Shown here in pieces: positions 9,506-19,225 of a stretch of 64,000 bases of DNA. The stretch spans positions 1 through 64,000 of the forward strand of contig JAHQWL010000055.1 in NCBI GenBank assembly GCA_029856155.1, read 5' to 3'. This DNA is from Promethearchaeia archaeon. Lineage in GTDB: Archaea > Asgardarchaeota > Lokiarchaeia > Sigyniarchaeales > SOKP01. Position 1 is the first letter of the stretch. Each line of letters starts with the position of its first letter. Below the pieces are notes generated by a model that saw nothing but the letters and a program-made list of their open reading frames with translations, made no database searches and was not told the origin of the DNA. The translations under genes and the position numbers were made by a program.

Positions 9506-10462
9506 TTAGGAAATATCTCGTCTTTTCAAAACTAGTATACCAATAAAAAGTAAAATTCCTCCTATAATGATTAGGTAGAATAATGAAGCAATAGGATGGT
9601 AATACCCGGTTTTAACGTAATTAATAGTATAATCTATCTCATTAAATTCAATCTTAATAATTCCAAACATCCAAAAGATTTCTCCATAATAGTTTAACAT
9701 TTCAGGAATAAAAAATTCTCCAATCCAGATAAATATATTCGCAAAATGATATCCAATGTCGAAATTGTATAGCCAATATTTTTCATACCAATTATCTGTT
9801 GCGAAAAGTAACATGGGTTTGAACATCATCATGACAAGAAATGAAAAAATTACTATTGTAAGTGGAAGAAGCAAAACATTTCTTGCTCTTTTGAAAAATG
9901 ATGAAAATCCCATCGTAATACCTCCAAAGAAGAATAAAATAATTAATGAATAGAGAAAATTTATTCCTAAATAGATCCCTATATCAGCAAAAGGATATTT
10001 AATTAACGCGATTAGAGAGATGATAGATAGACTTACAAAACTCACCAATACTCCAAATAGATAAAGGGCGATAAATTTACTTACTATTATTTTAGGACGA
10101 CTAATTGGTTTGCTTATTAAAAATAACATTGTCCCTGATTTTAATTCTTCAGAAATTAAAGGTCCAGTCGAACCTATAATGATGATTGGAAAAAGTATCG
10201 CAAAATTATAATACCAAGTAACAAATCCTAATAATTGTACTAAAGATTCTTCCCCAGAAAATACATAAGAGGGTACAAAACCTAAAATTAATGCTGGAAC
10301 TAATATCATAAAAAAAATTGAGATCGTCAATCTTTTTATTGTACATAAATCAAAAATAAATGTTTTTTTGATCATTACTAGTGAAGGCTTTAAATTCGAT
10401 CTATGAATTGGCGTTATTCCTCTTAATTTTTTTTTATATGGCTTAGTATTCAGAGTATTCAC
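9506..10462 (-). CDS. ABC-2 type permease
   Basis: ISEELKSGTMLFLISKPISR..SKF motif, 6 TM segments, C-terminal RRDIS; overlaps ATPase stop by 4 nt. Confidence 0.85.
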   Translation of the reverse strand: MNTLNTKPYKKKLRGITPIHRSNLKPSLVMIKKTFIFDLCTIKRLTISIFFMILVPALILGFVPSYVFSGEESLVQLLGFVTWYYNFAILFPIIIIGSTGPLISEELKSGTMLFLISKPISRPKIIVSKFIALYLFGVLVSFVSLSIISLIALIKYPFADIGIYLGINFLYSLIILFFFGGITMGFSSFFKRARNVLLLPLTIVIFSFLVMMMFKPMLLFATDNWYEKYWLYNFDIGYHFANIFIWIGEFFIPEMLNYYGEIFWMFGIIKIEFNEIDYTINYVKTGYYHPIASLFYLIIIGGILLFIGILVLKRRDIS

Positions 10463-11430
10463 TTTTTATTCACCTCGTCTTCCATTATTTCAATAAAAAT
10501 GTCCTGTAAGGAAGTTTCCGGCTGATGGAAATCTCTTAGTATTACATTATTATCAATTAACATTTTTGGAATAGACTTCTGGAGTAATTCAATATCTTTT
10601 GGAATAATATGTATTTTATCATCATTGCCATCTATCCAAATATTAGATATAAAATCCTTCACTTTTAATAGTTGTATCATTTTATCATTTGAATTTGTAT
10701 TTAAAATAACTATATTTTGACCGGTTTTGATTGAATGCATTTTTTTAATATTTTTAATAGTATCAGTCAAGACTATTTTACCCTTATTAATCATAGTTAC
10801 ATTTTCACACATTTGTTCTATTTCAGATAATATATGGCTTGATACAAACACACTGACTTTTTTTGATAAATCTTTTATGTCTTTTATAATGTTAGCTCGC
10901 CCTATAGGATCTAAATTTGAAGTTGGCTCGTCCAGTATTAAAAGTTCTGGTTCATGTATAAGAGCTGCAGCAATTCCAATCCGTTGTTTCATTCCTTCAG
11001 AATATTTTCCAATTTGGCGGTCCCGAGCTTCTATTAACTTTAAATTTTTCAGTAGCTCAAGAGTTTTATTTTTTGCATCATGTCTTCTCAAACCACTTAA
11101 TTCCCCTATATAAGTTAAATATTGTTCTCCCGTCATTTTCTCATAATAAGAAGGATCTTGTGGTAAAAACCCTATTATTCGACGTGCTCTTATTGAACCT
11201 GCATTCTCCCCTTTAATTTTAGCTTTTCCATCTGTAATTGAAATTGCACCTATTAGCATGTTTATTGTTGTGGTTTTTCCCGCACCATTTGGGCCTAAAA
11301 ACCCATGAATACCAGATTTCGTTGAAATGTTAATCTGATTTACGGCCTTAACACTCTCTCCACCTCTGCCATATATTTTTGTTAACTTATTCGTCCAAAT
11401 TTCTGGAATTTCTGATTCTTCTTCAATCAT
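10459..11430 (-). CDS. ABC exporter ATP-binding protein
   Basis: GPNGAGKTT, YSEGMKQR signature variant, LILDEPT, SSH. Confidence 0.92.
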   Translation of the reverse strand: MIEEESEIPEIWTNKLTKIYGRGGESVKAVNQINISTKSGIHGFLGPNGAGKTTTINMLIGAISITDGKAKIKGENAGSIRARRIIGFLPQDPSYYEKMTGEQYLTYIGELSGLRRHDAKNKTLELLKNLKLIEARDRQIGKYSEGMKQRIGIAAALIHEPELLILDEPTSNLDPIGRANIIKDIKDLSKKVSVFVSSHILSEIEQMCENVTMINKGKIVLTDTIKNIKKMHSIKTGQNIVILNTNSNDKMIQLLKVKDFISNIWIDGNDDKIHIIPKDIELLQKSIPKMLIDNNVILRDFHQPETSLQDIFIEIMEDEVNKK

Positions 11431-11607
11431 TTAATATCTCATATCTTTTTTTTTATAATATTTTAAGATGATAATCACTATAAAAGTATAAACTATTACA
11501 CTTTTGTCAAAAATGAATTACATGACAATTATTGGATATTCCTTAAAATAAATTTTTTTAACTTATAAAATTGTATATTCTACATTAAACCATTTTAAAA
11601 TTTAAAA

Positions 11608-11799
11608 ATGGGCGCTATAGAACAAGTAAAATTTGGAATAATTAGGTATGGAAATGCAAGTAGTTATCATATATTAGGGATTAAAAAAGATCCAAATCTT
11701 AATATTAAGTTTATTGTTGCCTATGATATAAATGAAAAAAATTTAAATCATGTTTCTAAGAGAAATTATATTCTAAAGGATTTTTTGCCTGTAATTTAA
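11608..11799 (+). pseudogene. N-terminal remnant of a Gfo/Idh/MocA paralog
   Basis: VKFGIIRYGNASSYH..IKFIVAYDINEK aligns with the N-terminus of 5456 (VKFGIIGAGSAVWRYH..IKFISGYDVDDK); GxG broken and ORF ends after 63 aa. Confidence 0.7.
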
Positions 11800-11853
11800 A
11801 AAAATTATAAAAATTTAAATTGGTAAAAATGTAATACTTAAAATAAAAGGGGA

Positions 11854-12549
11854 TTGAAATTGGTAAAGCATATTGGAATTATTGCTTGTAGTGCAGAAGG
11901 AGCTGCGCTTTGTTATAAAACTATTTGTATAGAAGCTCAAGAAAAGTTGTTTAAATATAGACATCCTGAAATAACAATACATACACCACCTCTTTCTGAT
12001 TATATGCAACACATATGGAATGGTAATTGGGAAGAAGTTGCAGAATTAATGCTCAACTCTGCAAGAATTGTAGCAAAAGCAGGAGCGGAATTTGCAATTT
12101 GCCCTGATAATACACTACATCAAGCGTATAATTTAATGATATCTAAATCTCCTATCCCTTGGATACATATCGCTGAAGTTGTAGGAAAAGAAGCAAAACA
12201 ACAAAAATTTAAACACCTAGGAATACTAGGTACAAAATATCTTATGAATTCTTCAGTTTATCCCGACGCTCTTAAGAAATTCAATATAGCATGTGAGATT
12301 CCAGAAGTCTCTGATCAAGATAAAGTTGATAAAATAATTTTTGAGGAATTAGTAAACGGTGTATTTACAGAGGAATCTAGAAAAGTTTTTAATAAAATTA
12401 TTCAAAAATTAGCTAAAAAGAACTGTGATGCAGTTGTTCTAGGATGTACAGAGATACCTTTGCTTATAGATCCTAATGATTGTCCCCTACCTACTTTGGA
12501 TTCTACTAGATTATTAGCAAGAGCAGCAATTAAAAAAGCTTTAGAATAA
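11854..12549 (+). CDS. aspartate/glutamate racemase family protein
   Basis: AGAEFAICPDNTLH, IPWIHI, GILGT, VLGCTEIPL, DST. Confidence 0.85.
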   Translation: MKLVKHIGIIACSAEGAALCYKTICIEAQEKLFKYRHPEITIHTPPLSDYMQHIWNGNWEEVAELMLNSARIVAKAGAEFAICPDNTLHQAYNLMISKSPIPWIHIAEVVGKEAKQQKFKHLGILGTKYLMNSSVYPDALKKFNIACEIPEVSDQDKVDKIIFEELVNGVFTEESRKVFNKIIQKLAKKNCDAVVLGCTEIPLLIDPNDCPLPTLDSTRLLARAAIKKALE

Positions 12550-12582
12550 AAAATTATAGAAATAAAAAGAAAATATATAAAC

Positions 12583-13368
12583 TTATTGAGTAGTCCATCC
12601 ACCATCAATTCTTAGATCAGCACCCGTTATATAAGAGGATTCTTCAGTTGCTAAAAAGAGAATTCCTGTAGCAATCTCTTCTGGTGTTGCCCAACGTCCC
12701 AATACACCCTCTTTTTCAAACTCCTTTTTAACTTCTTCATAAGAAACTCCTCTATCTCTTGCCTGCTTAGCAACATCGCTCTGTAGCATTGGCGTATCAG
12801 TAGCCCCAGGGCTTACACTATTTACACGTACATTATAAGGAGCAAGATCTAAGGCTAACGCCCTTGTATAACCTAACACTCCTGCTTTTGTAGAGCAATA
12901 ATTTGCATGAGCAACTTGACCTATATGAGCAGCGACAGAAGCTAAAGTTATAATTGAACCCGATTTTTGTTTTTTAAAATATGGAACAGCGTATTTACAC
13001 GTGTAATGAGTACCCTTTAGATTCACATCTATTAGAAGATCATAATCCTCATCTGGAAAAGTCTCGACGGGTCCAACTCGTACTACTCCTGCATTAATAA
13101 TCAAAATATCAATTCTCCCATATTTTTTAATAGTTGAATCTATCATTTTCTTAACGTCTTCTGGATTTCTTACATCTACTTTCATTATTGATGTTCTATC
13201 TTTACCATCTTCCATCAATTCAAATGTTTCTTTAAGACCATCTTCATTTATATCCGAAAGTACTTGTATAGCTCCTTCTTTTGCAAATAAAACCGCAGTA
13301 GATCTACCAATTCCAGATGCTGCTCCTGTTAATATAACAACTTTATTTTTAACGCGAATTTTTTTCAC
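12583..13368 (-). CDS. short-chain dehydrogenase/reductase
   Basis: TGAASGIG, INAG, YCSTK, NSVSPG, DGG. Confidence 0.9.
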   Translation of the reverse strand: MKKIRVKNKVVILTGAASGIGRSTAVLFAKEGAIQVLSDINEDGLKETFELMEDGKDRTSIMKVDVRNPEDVKKMIDSTIKKYGRIDILIINAGVVRVGPVETFPDEDYDLLIDVNLKGTHYTCKYAVPYFKKQKSGSIITLASVAAHIGQVAHANYCSTKAGVLGYTRALALDLAPYNVRVNSVSPGATDTPMLQSDVAKQARDRGVSYEEVKKEFEKEGVLGRWATPEEIATGILFLATEESSYITGADLRIDGGWTTQ

Positions 13369-13416
13369 CTAAAATCTAGAACAAATCTATAAATTATCTT
13401 ATTATTTCTCTTATTT

Positions 13417-14541
13417 ATGGATTATGTTAAATATGGAGTAATAGGATCAGGCGCAGCGTGGACTTTTCACTCAATAGGTGCTAAGAAGATTCCCACAATC
13501 AAATTTAAATCTATGTATGATATTAAAGATGCGAAAAGAACAGCCAGAGTAAATAAGATGGATTTTTATGATAACTTCGATGAATTTCTTAAGAGTGATA
13601 TTGATGCTGTTATGATATTTACCCCTCATTATCTTCACGAAAAATATGTCTTAGCGGTTGCTGAAGCAGGAAAGCATATACTTTTAGAAAAACCTATGGC
13701 AACCACACTTGAGGGATGTGATGAAATGATTGAAGCAACTAGGAAAGCAGGAGTAAAATTTATGATAGCTGAAAATCATCGATTCTTACCTGCTCATAAA
13801 TATATTATGGAAGTTATCCAATCTGGATTAATCGGTAAACCCTTTTTGATAAGATCTTATGAAGGTGTTGATGAGATTGAAGGCCTAATGAAATCTGGAT
13901 ATTGGAAGGGGCACCCTATTATGGCTGGAGGGGGGTCTCTAATGGATATGGGAGTTCACAAATTTGCAACATTGAATTGGATTTTAAATGATACTGTAGA
14001 ATCTGCTTATAGTTGGCTAACAAAACAGTGTACAAACTTGGAAGAGAAGGCTGAAGATAATGCCATGGTCTTCTTAAAATATAAAAAAGGAACTATTGCT
14101 GAGACTATTGTTAGCTTCAGTGTGGTATCTCCATGTAATAATAGTCTTGAGATATATGGATCAATGGGATCTATTATAGAAAATCATGAATGGAAAAATC
14201 CAATTAGAGTTTTCTCAAAACATGATAATATGGGTGAACATAAAAAAAAATGGTATGAACCCGAGATTGAACATGGACCATTTCCAAAATATTATCAAAT
14301 ATCAATGAGAAATGAGGATTTGCATTTTACAAACTGTATTCTCAATGATATTGATCCTGAATTTACTCCAGAACAAGCTAAAGAAGCAATAGCTGTAGTT
14401 TTAATGTCATACTTATCAGCAAAACTAGAGAGAACTGCATCCAGAAATGAACTAATGGAAATTTATAGAACTAAAGGAACAAAGAGTATCCTTGAAGGAT
14501 TAGAAAAAGCAGTTAAAAATAATTGTCAATTATTAAACTAA
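13417..14541 (+). CDS. Gfo/Idh/MocA-family oxidoreductase, copy 2
   Basis: GVIGSG, PHYLH, EKPMA, AENHRF, GGGSLMDMGVH; paralog of 5456..6592. Confidence 0.9.
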   Translation: MDYVKYGVIGSGAAWTFHSIGAKKIPTIKFKSMYDIKDAKRTARVNKMDFYDNFDEFLKSDIDAVMIFTPHYLHEKYVLAVAEAGKHILLEKPMATTLEGCDEMIEATRKAGVKFMIAENHRFLPAHKYIMEVIQSGLIGKPFLIRSYEGVDEIEGLMKSGYWKGHPIMAGGGSLMDMGVHKFATLNWILNDTVESAYSWLTKQCTNLEEKAEDNAMVFLKYKKGTIAETIVSFSVVSPCNNSLEIYGSMGSIIENHEWKNPIRVFSKHDNMGEHKKKWYEPEIEHGPFPKYYQISMRNEDLHFTNCILNDIDPEFTPEQAKEAIAVVLMSYLSAKLERTASRNELMEIYRTKGTKSILEGLEKAVKNNCQLLN

Positions 14542-14710
14542 TGATCAATAGTGATAATCATATGAGAAAAAACCAACTAATAAAACCATTTTTTAGAAAG
14601 ATAGATTGTATTCAAATTCCTGTTTCAAGTTTCATTCCTCTTTAATAAGAATCTCTTTATCCAAACTAGATGCATTATTAAATAAAAGTAATAAAATAAA
14701 AAAGGAGAAT

Positions 14711-16159
14711 TTAATTAAATATTGGGCGTTTATCTTGCCAAGGAGCAATTTCCTCAAAAGCTTTTGAAACTTGAAGTACAGTTAATTCATCAAATCTCTT
14801 TCCTACAATTTGCATTCCAATTGGCAATCCCTCACTAGACCAACCACAGGGAACTGAAGCTGCTGGATGACCACTTATATTGAATGGATATGCAAATGGT
14901 AGCCAGCCTAACAGTGAAACTCTTTTTCCATCTATAATTATATCTGATTTCATTGTTTCTCTATCATAAATTCCAGATTTACCTATTTCAAATGCAGGAC
15001 ACGCAACAGTTGGAGTTATAATTATATCAAAATCTTTAAAAAGTCTGGAAATATTAATATATATCGTTTCTCTTTGGACTTCTGCCATTTTCAGGTCTGC
15101 TGATGAAAAATTTAATCCAATATTAACCATTTCTACAAAATCAGGATCCATTTTGTCTTTCCATTTATCCAAAAAAGGTTTAAATGTATAACCAAATCCC
15201 GATGCCCAAAAAGTCCAGAATAGTGATTCCGGATTTTTTATTTTAATCTTACTTTTATCAACTGTCCAATTTAATCGTTCAAATTTTAGAATAGCTTCTA
15301 GAACTGATTTTTCAACTTCAGGATCGAGAGCTTCCACAAATCCTAAATCAAAGGAATATCCAATTCTTAATTTACTAGGTTCTTCATCAAGTTTTTCTAA
15401 ATAACTATAATTTGGTTTGGGTAAAGAATATCTATCCGAAAAATGCTCTCCTACTAACACATCTAATAATAATGCAGCATCCTTGACAAACCTAACAATT
15501 GGACCTTTATGAACAAATGTGCCTAAATAACCTAATAATAACATATTACTTTGAGGAACTCGACCAAAAGTAGGTTTAAGTCCATAAGTCCCGCAAAAAG
15601 AGCTAGGAATTCTAATAGATCCTCCACCATCTGACCCTATTGCTAATGGACTTAATCCAGATGCTACAGCTGCAGCCGCTCCGCCGCTAGATCCTCCAGG
15701 AGTTCTTTCTAAATTCCAAGGATTTTTGGTAACTCCAAAAATTAAGTTATCTGTTTCCCCCTTAAATCCATAAGCTGGAGTATTGGTTTTGCCTAAAATC
15801 ACAGTACCAGCATCCCTAGCTCTCTTAACTATTATATCATCTCTCCGTGGCTTATTATTTTCAAAAATTTTACTACCAAACGTGGTTCGTATTCCTTTTA
15901 TTTCAGTTTCATCCTTTATAGAAATTGGGATTCCATTCAATGCTCCTATTTTTTTATCTTCCTTTACTCTTTCATCCGCTTCTTTTGCCATCTGTCTTGC
16001 TAATTCCAGAGTTGGAGTACAATAAGCATTAATTATAGGATTTACTTTTTCAATTCTTTCGATGATTGTCTCTGTAATTTCTTGAGATGTCATTTCCTGT
16101 CTTTTAATAATATCATACATATCGAATGCTGACATAAAGCAAATATCTTCTTTATTCAT
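14711..16159 (-). CDS. amidase signature family enzyme
   Basis: GIPISIKD (Lys), PGGSSGG, GSDGGGSIRIP (Ser-cisSer-Lys triad), GLPIGMQ. Confidence 0.92.
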   Translation of the reverse strand: MNKEDICFMSAFDMYDIIKRQEMTSQEITETIIERIEKVNPIINAYCTPTLELARQMAKEADERVKEDKKIGALNGIPISIKDETEIKGIRTTFGSKIFENNKPRRDDIIVKRARDAGTVILGKTNTPAYGFKGETDNLIFGVTKNPWNLERTPGGSSGGAAAAVASGLSPLAIGSDGGGSIRIPSSFCGTYGLKPTFGRVPQSNMLLLGYLGTFVHKGPIVRFVKDAALLLDVLVGEHFSDRYSLPKPNYSYLEKLDEEPSKLRIGYSFDLGFVEALDPEVEKSVLEAILKFERLNWTVDKSKIKIKNPESLFWTFWASGFGYTFKPFLDKWKDKMDPDFVEMVNIGLNFSSADLKMAEVQRETIYINISRLFKDFDIIITPTVACPAFEIGKSGIYDRETMKSDIIIDGKRVSLLGWLPFAYPFNISGHPAASVPCGWSSEGLPIGMQIVGKRFDELTVLQVSKAFEEIAPWQDKRPIFN

Positions 16160-16187
16160 ATCTCATCTACCTTTTTCTTTTCAGAAC

Positions 16188-17309
16188 TCATCTAATAAAA
16201 ATGTTTTTATCTAAACTTGAGAGTCGTTCACAACCGGAACTAGTTATTCTATAACAATCTTCGATACCTACTAATCCCTGACCTCTAACATTTTGCCATG
16301 CCTCTACATCTAATACCATATTTTCCTTTATAGGACCATCATAGGTATGTCCAGGTCCAAATATGTGTGCTTCTTCGGTTTCTAACCCTATACTGTGGCC
16401 AATTATACTACAAAAACCTTTTCCTAATTGTTTGTAATATTTATAAGCACCATTATATAATTCTTTTGGATCTGCTCCGGGTTTAAGGTTTTCTAAACAA
16501 AATTCTTGAACCTTTATCATATTTTCCATTGCTTTTACACCCTTTTCAGGAGCTTGTCCAACAACAGCATCTCGACTCACATCTGAAACATATCCCTTCC
16601 AAACAGCTCCAAAATCAAATCTAATCATATCACCTGGCTTCACAATGGTACCAACACCGGGTGCTTCTGGATCTGAATCCCCAATATTCATAGTTAAATG
16701 ATCCCAGCCTTCTGCTCCTTCTTTAACGATAGTACTTCGTGCAATTTGAAGTAATTCATTATCTGTTATTCCTTCTTTTAAAGATTCAATGCAATTTAGA
16801 ATGGCTTTTTCGGCAATTTGAGTTGATTTCCTAATTCTATTTATTTCTTCCTCGGATTTAATTAAACGCATTTCTAAAAATACGTTATCCCCATCAACCA
16901 AAGAAGCGTCTGGAAATTCCTTTCGGAGAAATTCTGATTGATATCGAGGCATAAGAGCTTCAATGCCAATTTTTTTATTTTTTAGACCAAAATCTTCAAG
17001 TTTTTCTCCTAATAATTTTAAACCACCTTTAGGGGAGCCAACACGTTCATAATTTTTTACCCAAGAAAACTTTTCAACACTATCATACAATGCCCATATG
17101 AGTAAGAATACTTCTCCGTCGTTAGTTATTATTGAAAAACTGGGATATTGATTATACAAAACAAATAGTATTGGATTAGGGGCAACATGAAGTGTAGGAA
17201 TCCCGGTTGTATAAAAAACATTAACTGGCGTAGTAGCAATTAAAGCATCAAGATTAAACTTTTCGAGAAGTTCAATCGCTCTTTTCTTATTATATCCTAT
17301 TGGTTCCAT
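16188..17309 (-). CDS. M24 metallohydrolase, copy 2
   Basis: Paralog of 4274..5398 (shared PTLHVAPNPIL, EGAEGWDHLTMN, SDPEAPGVGT, GIEDCYRI). Confidence 0.85.
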   Translation of the reverse strand: MEPIGYNKKRAIELLEKFNLDALIATTPVNVFYTTGIPTLHVAPNPILFVLYNQYPSFSIITNDGEVFLLIWALYDSVEKFSWVKNYERVGSPKGGLKLLGEKLEDFGLKNKKIGIEALMPRYQSEFLRKEFPDASLVDGDNVFLEMRLIKSEEEINRIRKSTQIAEKAILNCIESLKEGITDNELLQIARSTIVKEGAEGWDHLTMNIGDSDPEAPGVGTIVKPGDMIRFDFGAVWKGYVSDVSRDAVVGQAPEKGVKAMENMIKVQEFCLENLKPGADPKELYNGAYKYYKQLGKGFCSIIGHSIGLETEEAHIFGPGHTYDGPIKENMVLDVEAWQNVRGQGLVGIEDCYRITSSGCERLSSLDKNIFIR

Positions 17310-17383
17310 TTTATATCTATTGGTTTCGTTTTATATCTTTAAAAAATTTAATATATCTTCGTTTTATAATATTATTTTTTTCC

Positions 17384-18172
17384 TTAATTCTCTTTAAGCT
17401 TTAAAAGCATTTCTTGAGGATATTTTGCTTTCGTCCAAGGAAGATTAGAAAAAAAATGGGTAAAAATTCTTACTATTAGTGGTGGTTTATTCTTATATAC
17501 ATATTTTTTATTGAAATATACACGTCGATATGGTTCAGCATATTTCCATCCATGGAGCGTTCTTCCCGCGAACCTGCTAAATGGTCGATATGGGAGCATA
17601 GTATATCTTAAAAGCCATTGTTGTGTTCTATGACAAGTAATCAATTTATAGGTTAAACTTTTGATATCCTTTTTTTTAAAGCCAAAAAAGAAATTTGGAT
17701 GCAGACACGTGTAGAAATATAGGATTGGTGTGAAATTAATTAATTTCTTGTGGATAATGTAAAATAAAACTCTTCCAGTGTTTATATGGTCCATATGATA
17801 ATACCATGTATAGATAGCTTCTGGAGCAATAATAATATCTGGTCTTTCTTTTTTAAGATATTCAGCAACCCTATTAACAAAATCTTTATTGAATGGTACA
17901 AATCCATCAATATATCCAAAGAAGTCTATATTCTCAGGCAGAATTCCATGAATTTTCTCTGCATTAAATAATTCTCGTGTTCTAATTTTTGCTAGCAAAT
18001 CTCCTTTAAATTTATCATATTTGGGTCCCGGAAGTCCAAATTCTCCTCTAGTGAGTGAAGCAATTTTAATAATATGATTTTTTTTACTTTTAGTAGCTAA
18101 ATAATGCATCAAGTGCCCACACTTATGTTCTAAATCATCAGGATGAGCTTGAAAGAATATAATTTTAGTCAT
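17384..18172 (-). CDS. PIG-L/LmbE-family N-deacetylase, copy 2
   Basis: HPDDLE, TRGE, HMDH; paralog of 2904..3698. Confidence 0.85.
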   Translation of the reverse strand: MTKIIFFQAHPDDLEHKCGHLMHYLATKSKKNHIIKIASLTRGEFGLPGPKYDKFKGDLLAKIRTRELFNAEKIHGILPENIDFFGYIDGFVPFNKDFVNRVAEYLKKERPDIIIAPEAIYTWYYHMDHINTGRVLFYIIHKKLINFTPILYFYTCLHPNFFFGFKKKDIKSLTYKLITCHRTQQWLLRYTMLPYRPFSRFAGRTLHGWKYAEPYRRVYFNKKYVYKNKPPLIVRIFTHFFSNLPWTKAKYPQEMLLKLKEN

Positions 18173-18195
18173 AATAAAATAATAGTTAAATTAGA

Positions 18196-19086
18196 TTACT
18201 TTATCTCTTCCAATTGAGCTGATCTTTTTCCCAATAGGAAAGAACTAATTATAATTAGAGTTAATCCAATAATTAAATAGTAAATAGAGAAGACACTGGG
18301 GGGTGTTAAAAGAAATATTAGAAAATATATTACGATAGGCGCAATTAAAGTAGGAACTTGTTGTATTGGAACTAAGTTACTTGCTTGGCCAACTGTAAAC
18401 GATTTTTGAATCGTCATGACCCCTAAAACATTAGATAAAATTAGGATAATGCAAGAGATAATAAATATAAACAATTCTCCTAAGTCAAAACTACCATTAA
18501 ATATTTTAGCTATAACTCCGATTAGGGGGCTTACCCAGAAATTTGAAAGTACAAACAATAACCCAGATAATGTTGCTAATAAAATCCCCTTGAATCTTAT
18601 ACTTTTCCGCTGTAACATATAACAAATAAAAGAGAATAAAATAACCACTAATGTAAAGATAATAATCCTAATAAGAAATGAAATCTCCACTAAATTTGTA
18701 TTTGCAATATCAATTGATAATTCACTAATTCCTAATAGAAAAAACGCTAATATCATTAGAAAAATTCCTAAAATTTCTGCTTTATTTAAAGTTTCTCCCA
18801 CAATCTTTATAGAACCTATTGCTAAGACAATTAATCCTGAAGCCATAAATCCAGGAATTAATGCAGGACCAATGAATAATTGAGCCATCATATAAAGAAT
18901 AGCTCCTAATCCGTATTGTAAAATAAGACCACTTAGCCATAATCTTTTTTTAACTAGGCTTCTAAAAAATTTTGCTTCATCAGGGAGTTCATTTATTACC
19001 TTCTTTTGGAATACAGTACCAAGATGATTTGATAATCCGGATGATATAGCTAATGAAACCCCCAACCAATAGAAACTAACAGCCAT
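18196..19086 (-). CDS. DMT-superfamily (NIPA-like) transporter, copy 2
   Basis: Same length (296 aa) and shared blocks (VFQKKV.NE, AKFFRSLVKK, IGPALIPG, PIQQVP, AQLE.IK) with 2003..2893. Confidence 0.7.
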   Translation of the reverse strand: MAVSFYWLGVSLAISSGLSNHLGTVFQKKVINELPDEAKFFRSLVKKRLWLSGLILQYGLGAILYMMAQLFIGPALIPGFMASGLIVLAIGSIKIVGETLNKAEILGIFLMILAFFLLGISELSIDIANTNLVEISFLIRIIIFTLVVILFSFICYMLQRKSIRFKGILLATLSGLLFVLSNFWVSPLIGVIAKIFNGSFDLGELFIFIISCIILILSNVLGVMTIQKSFTVGQASNLVPIQQVPTLIAPIVIYFLIFLLTPPSVFSIYYLIIGLTLIIISSFLLGKRSAQLEEIK

Positions 19087-19200
19087 TATTATTTATGTTG
19101 CTCTTCTCATCAAAAATCAATCTGAATATTTTATTTTATGTTTTTAACGTTTAAATAATTATAAGTTTTGAATTCTTCTTTAAAAAAGGTATAATTTAAT

Positions 19201-19217
19201 ATAGAATGAGATAAGGA
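19201..19217 (+). promoter_or_regulatory. 17-nt leader motif ATAGAATGAGATAAGGA, shared with the next gene
   Basis: 16/17 identical to 20810..20826. Confidence 0.45.
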
Positions 19218-19225
19218 ATAAGATT

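Noticed and set aside
14711-16159. gatA (Glu-tRNA amidotransferase subunit A)
   Set aside because: No gatB/gatC nearby, GatA-specific motifs (e.g. SSNLARYDG) absent, catabolic context.
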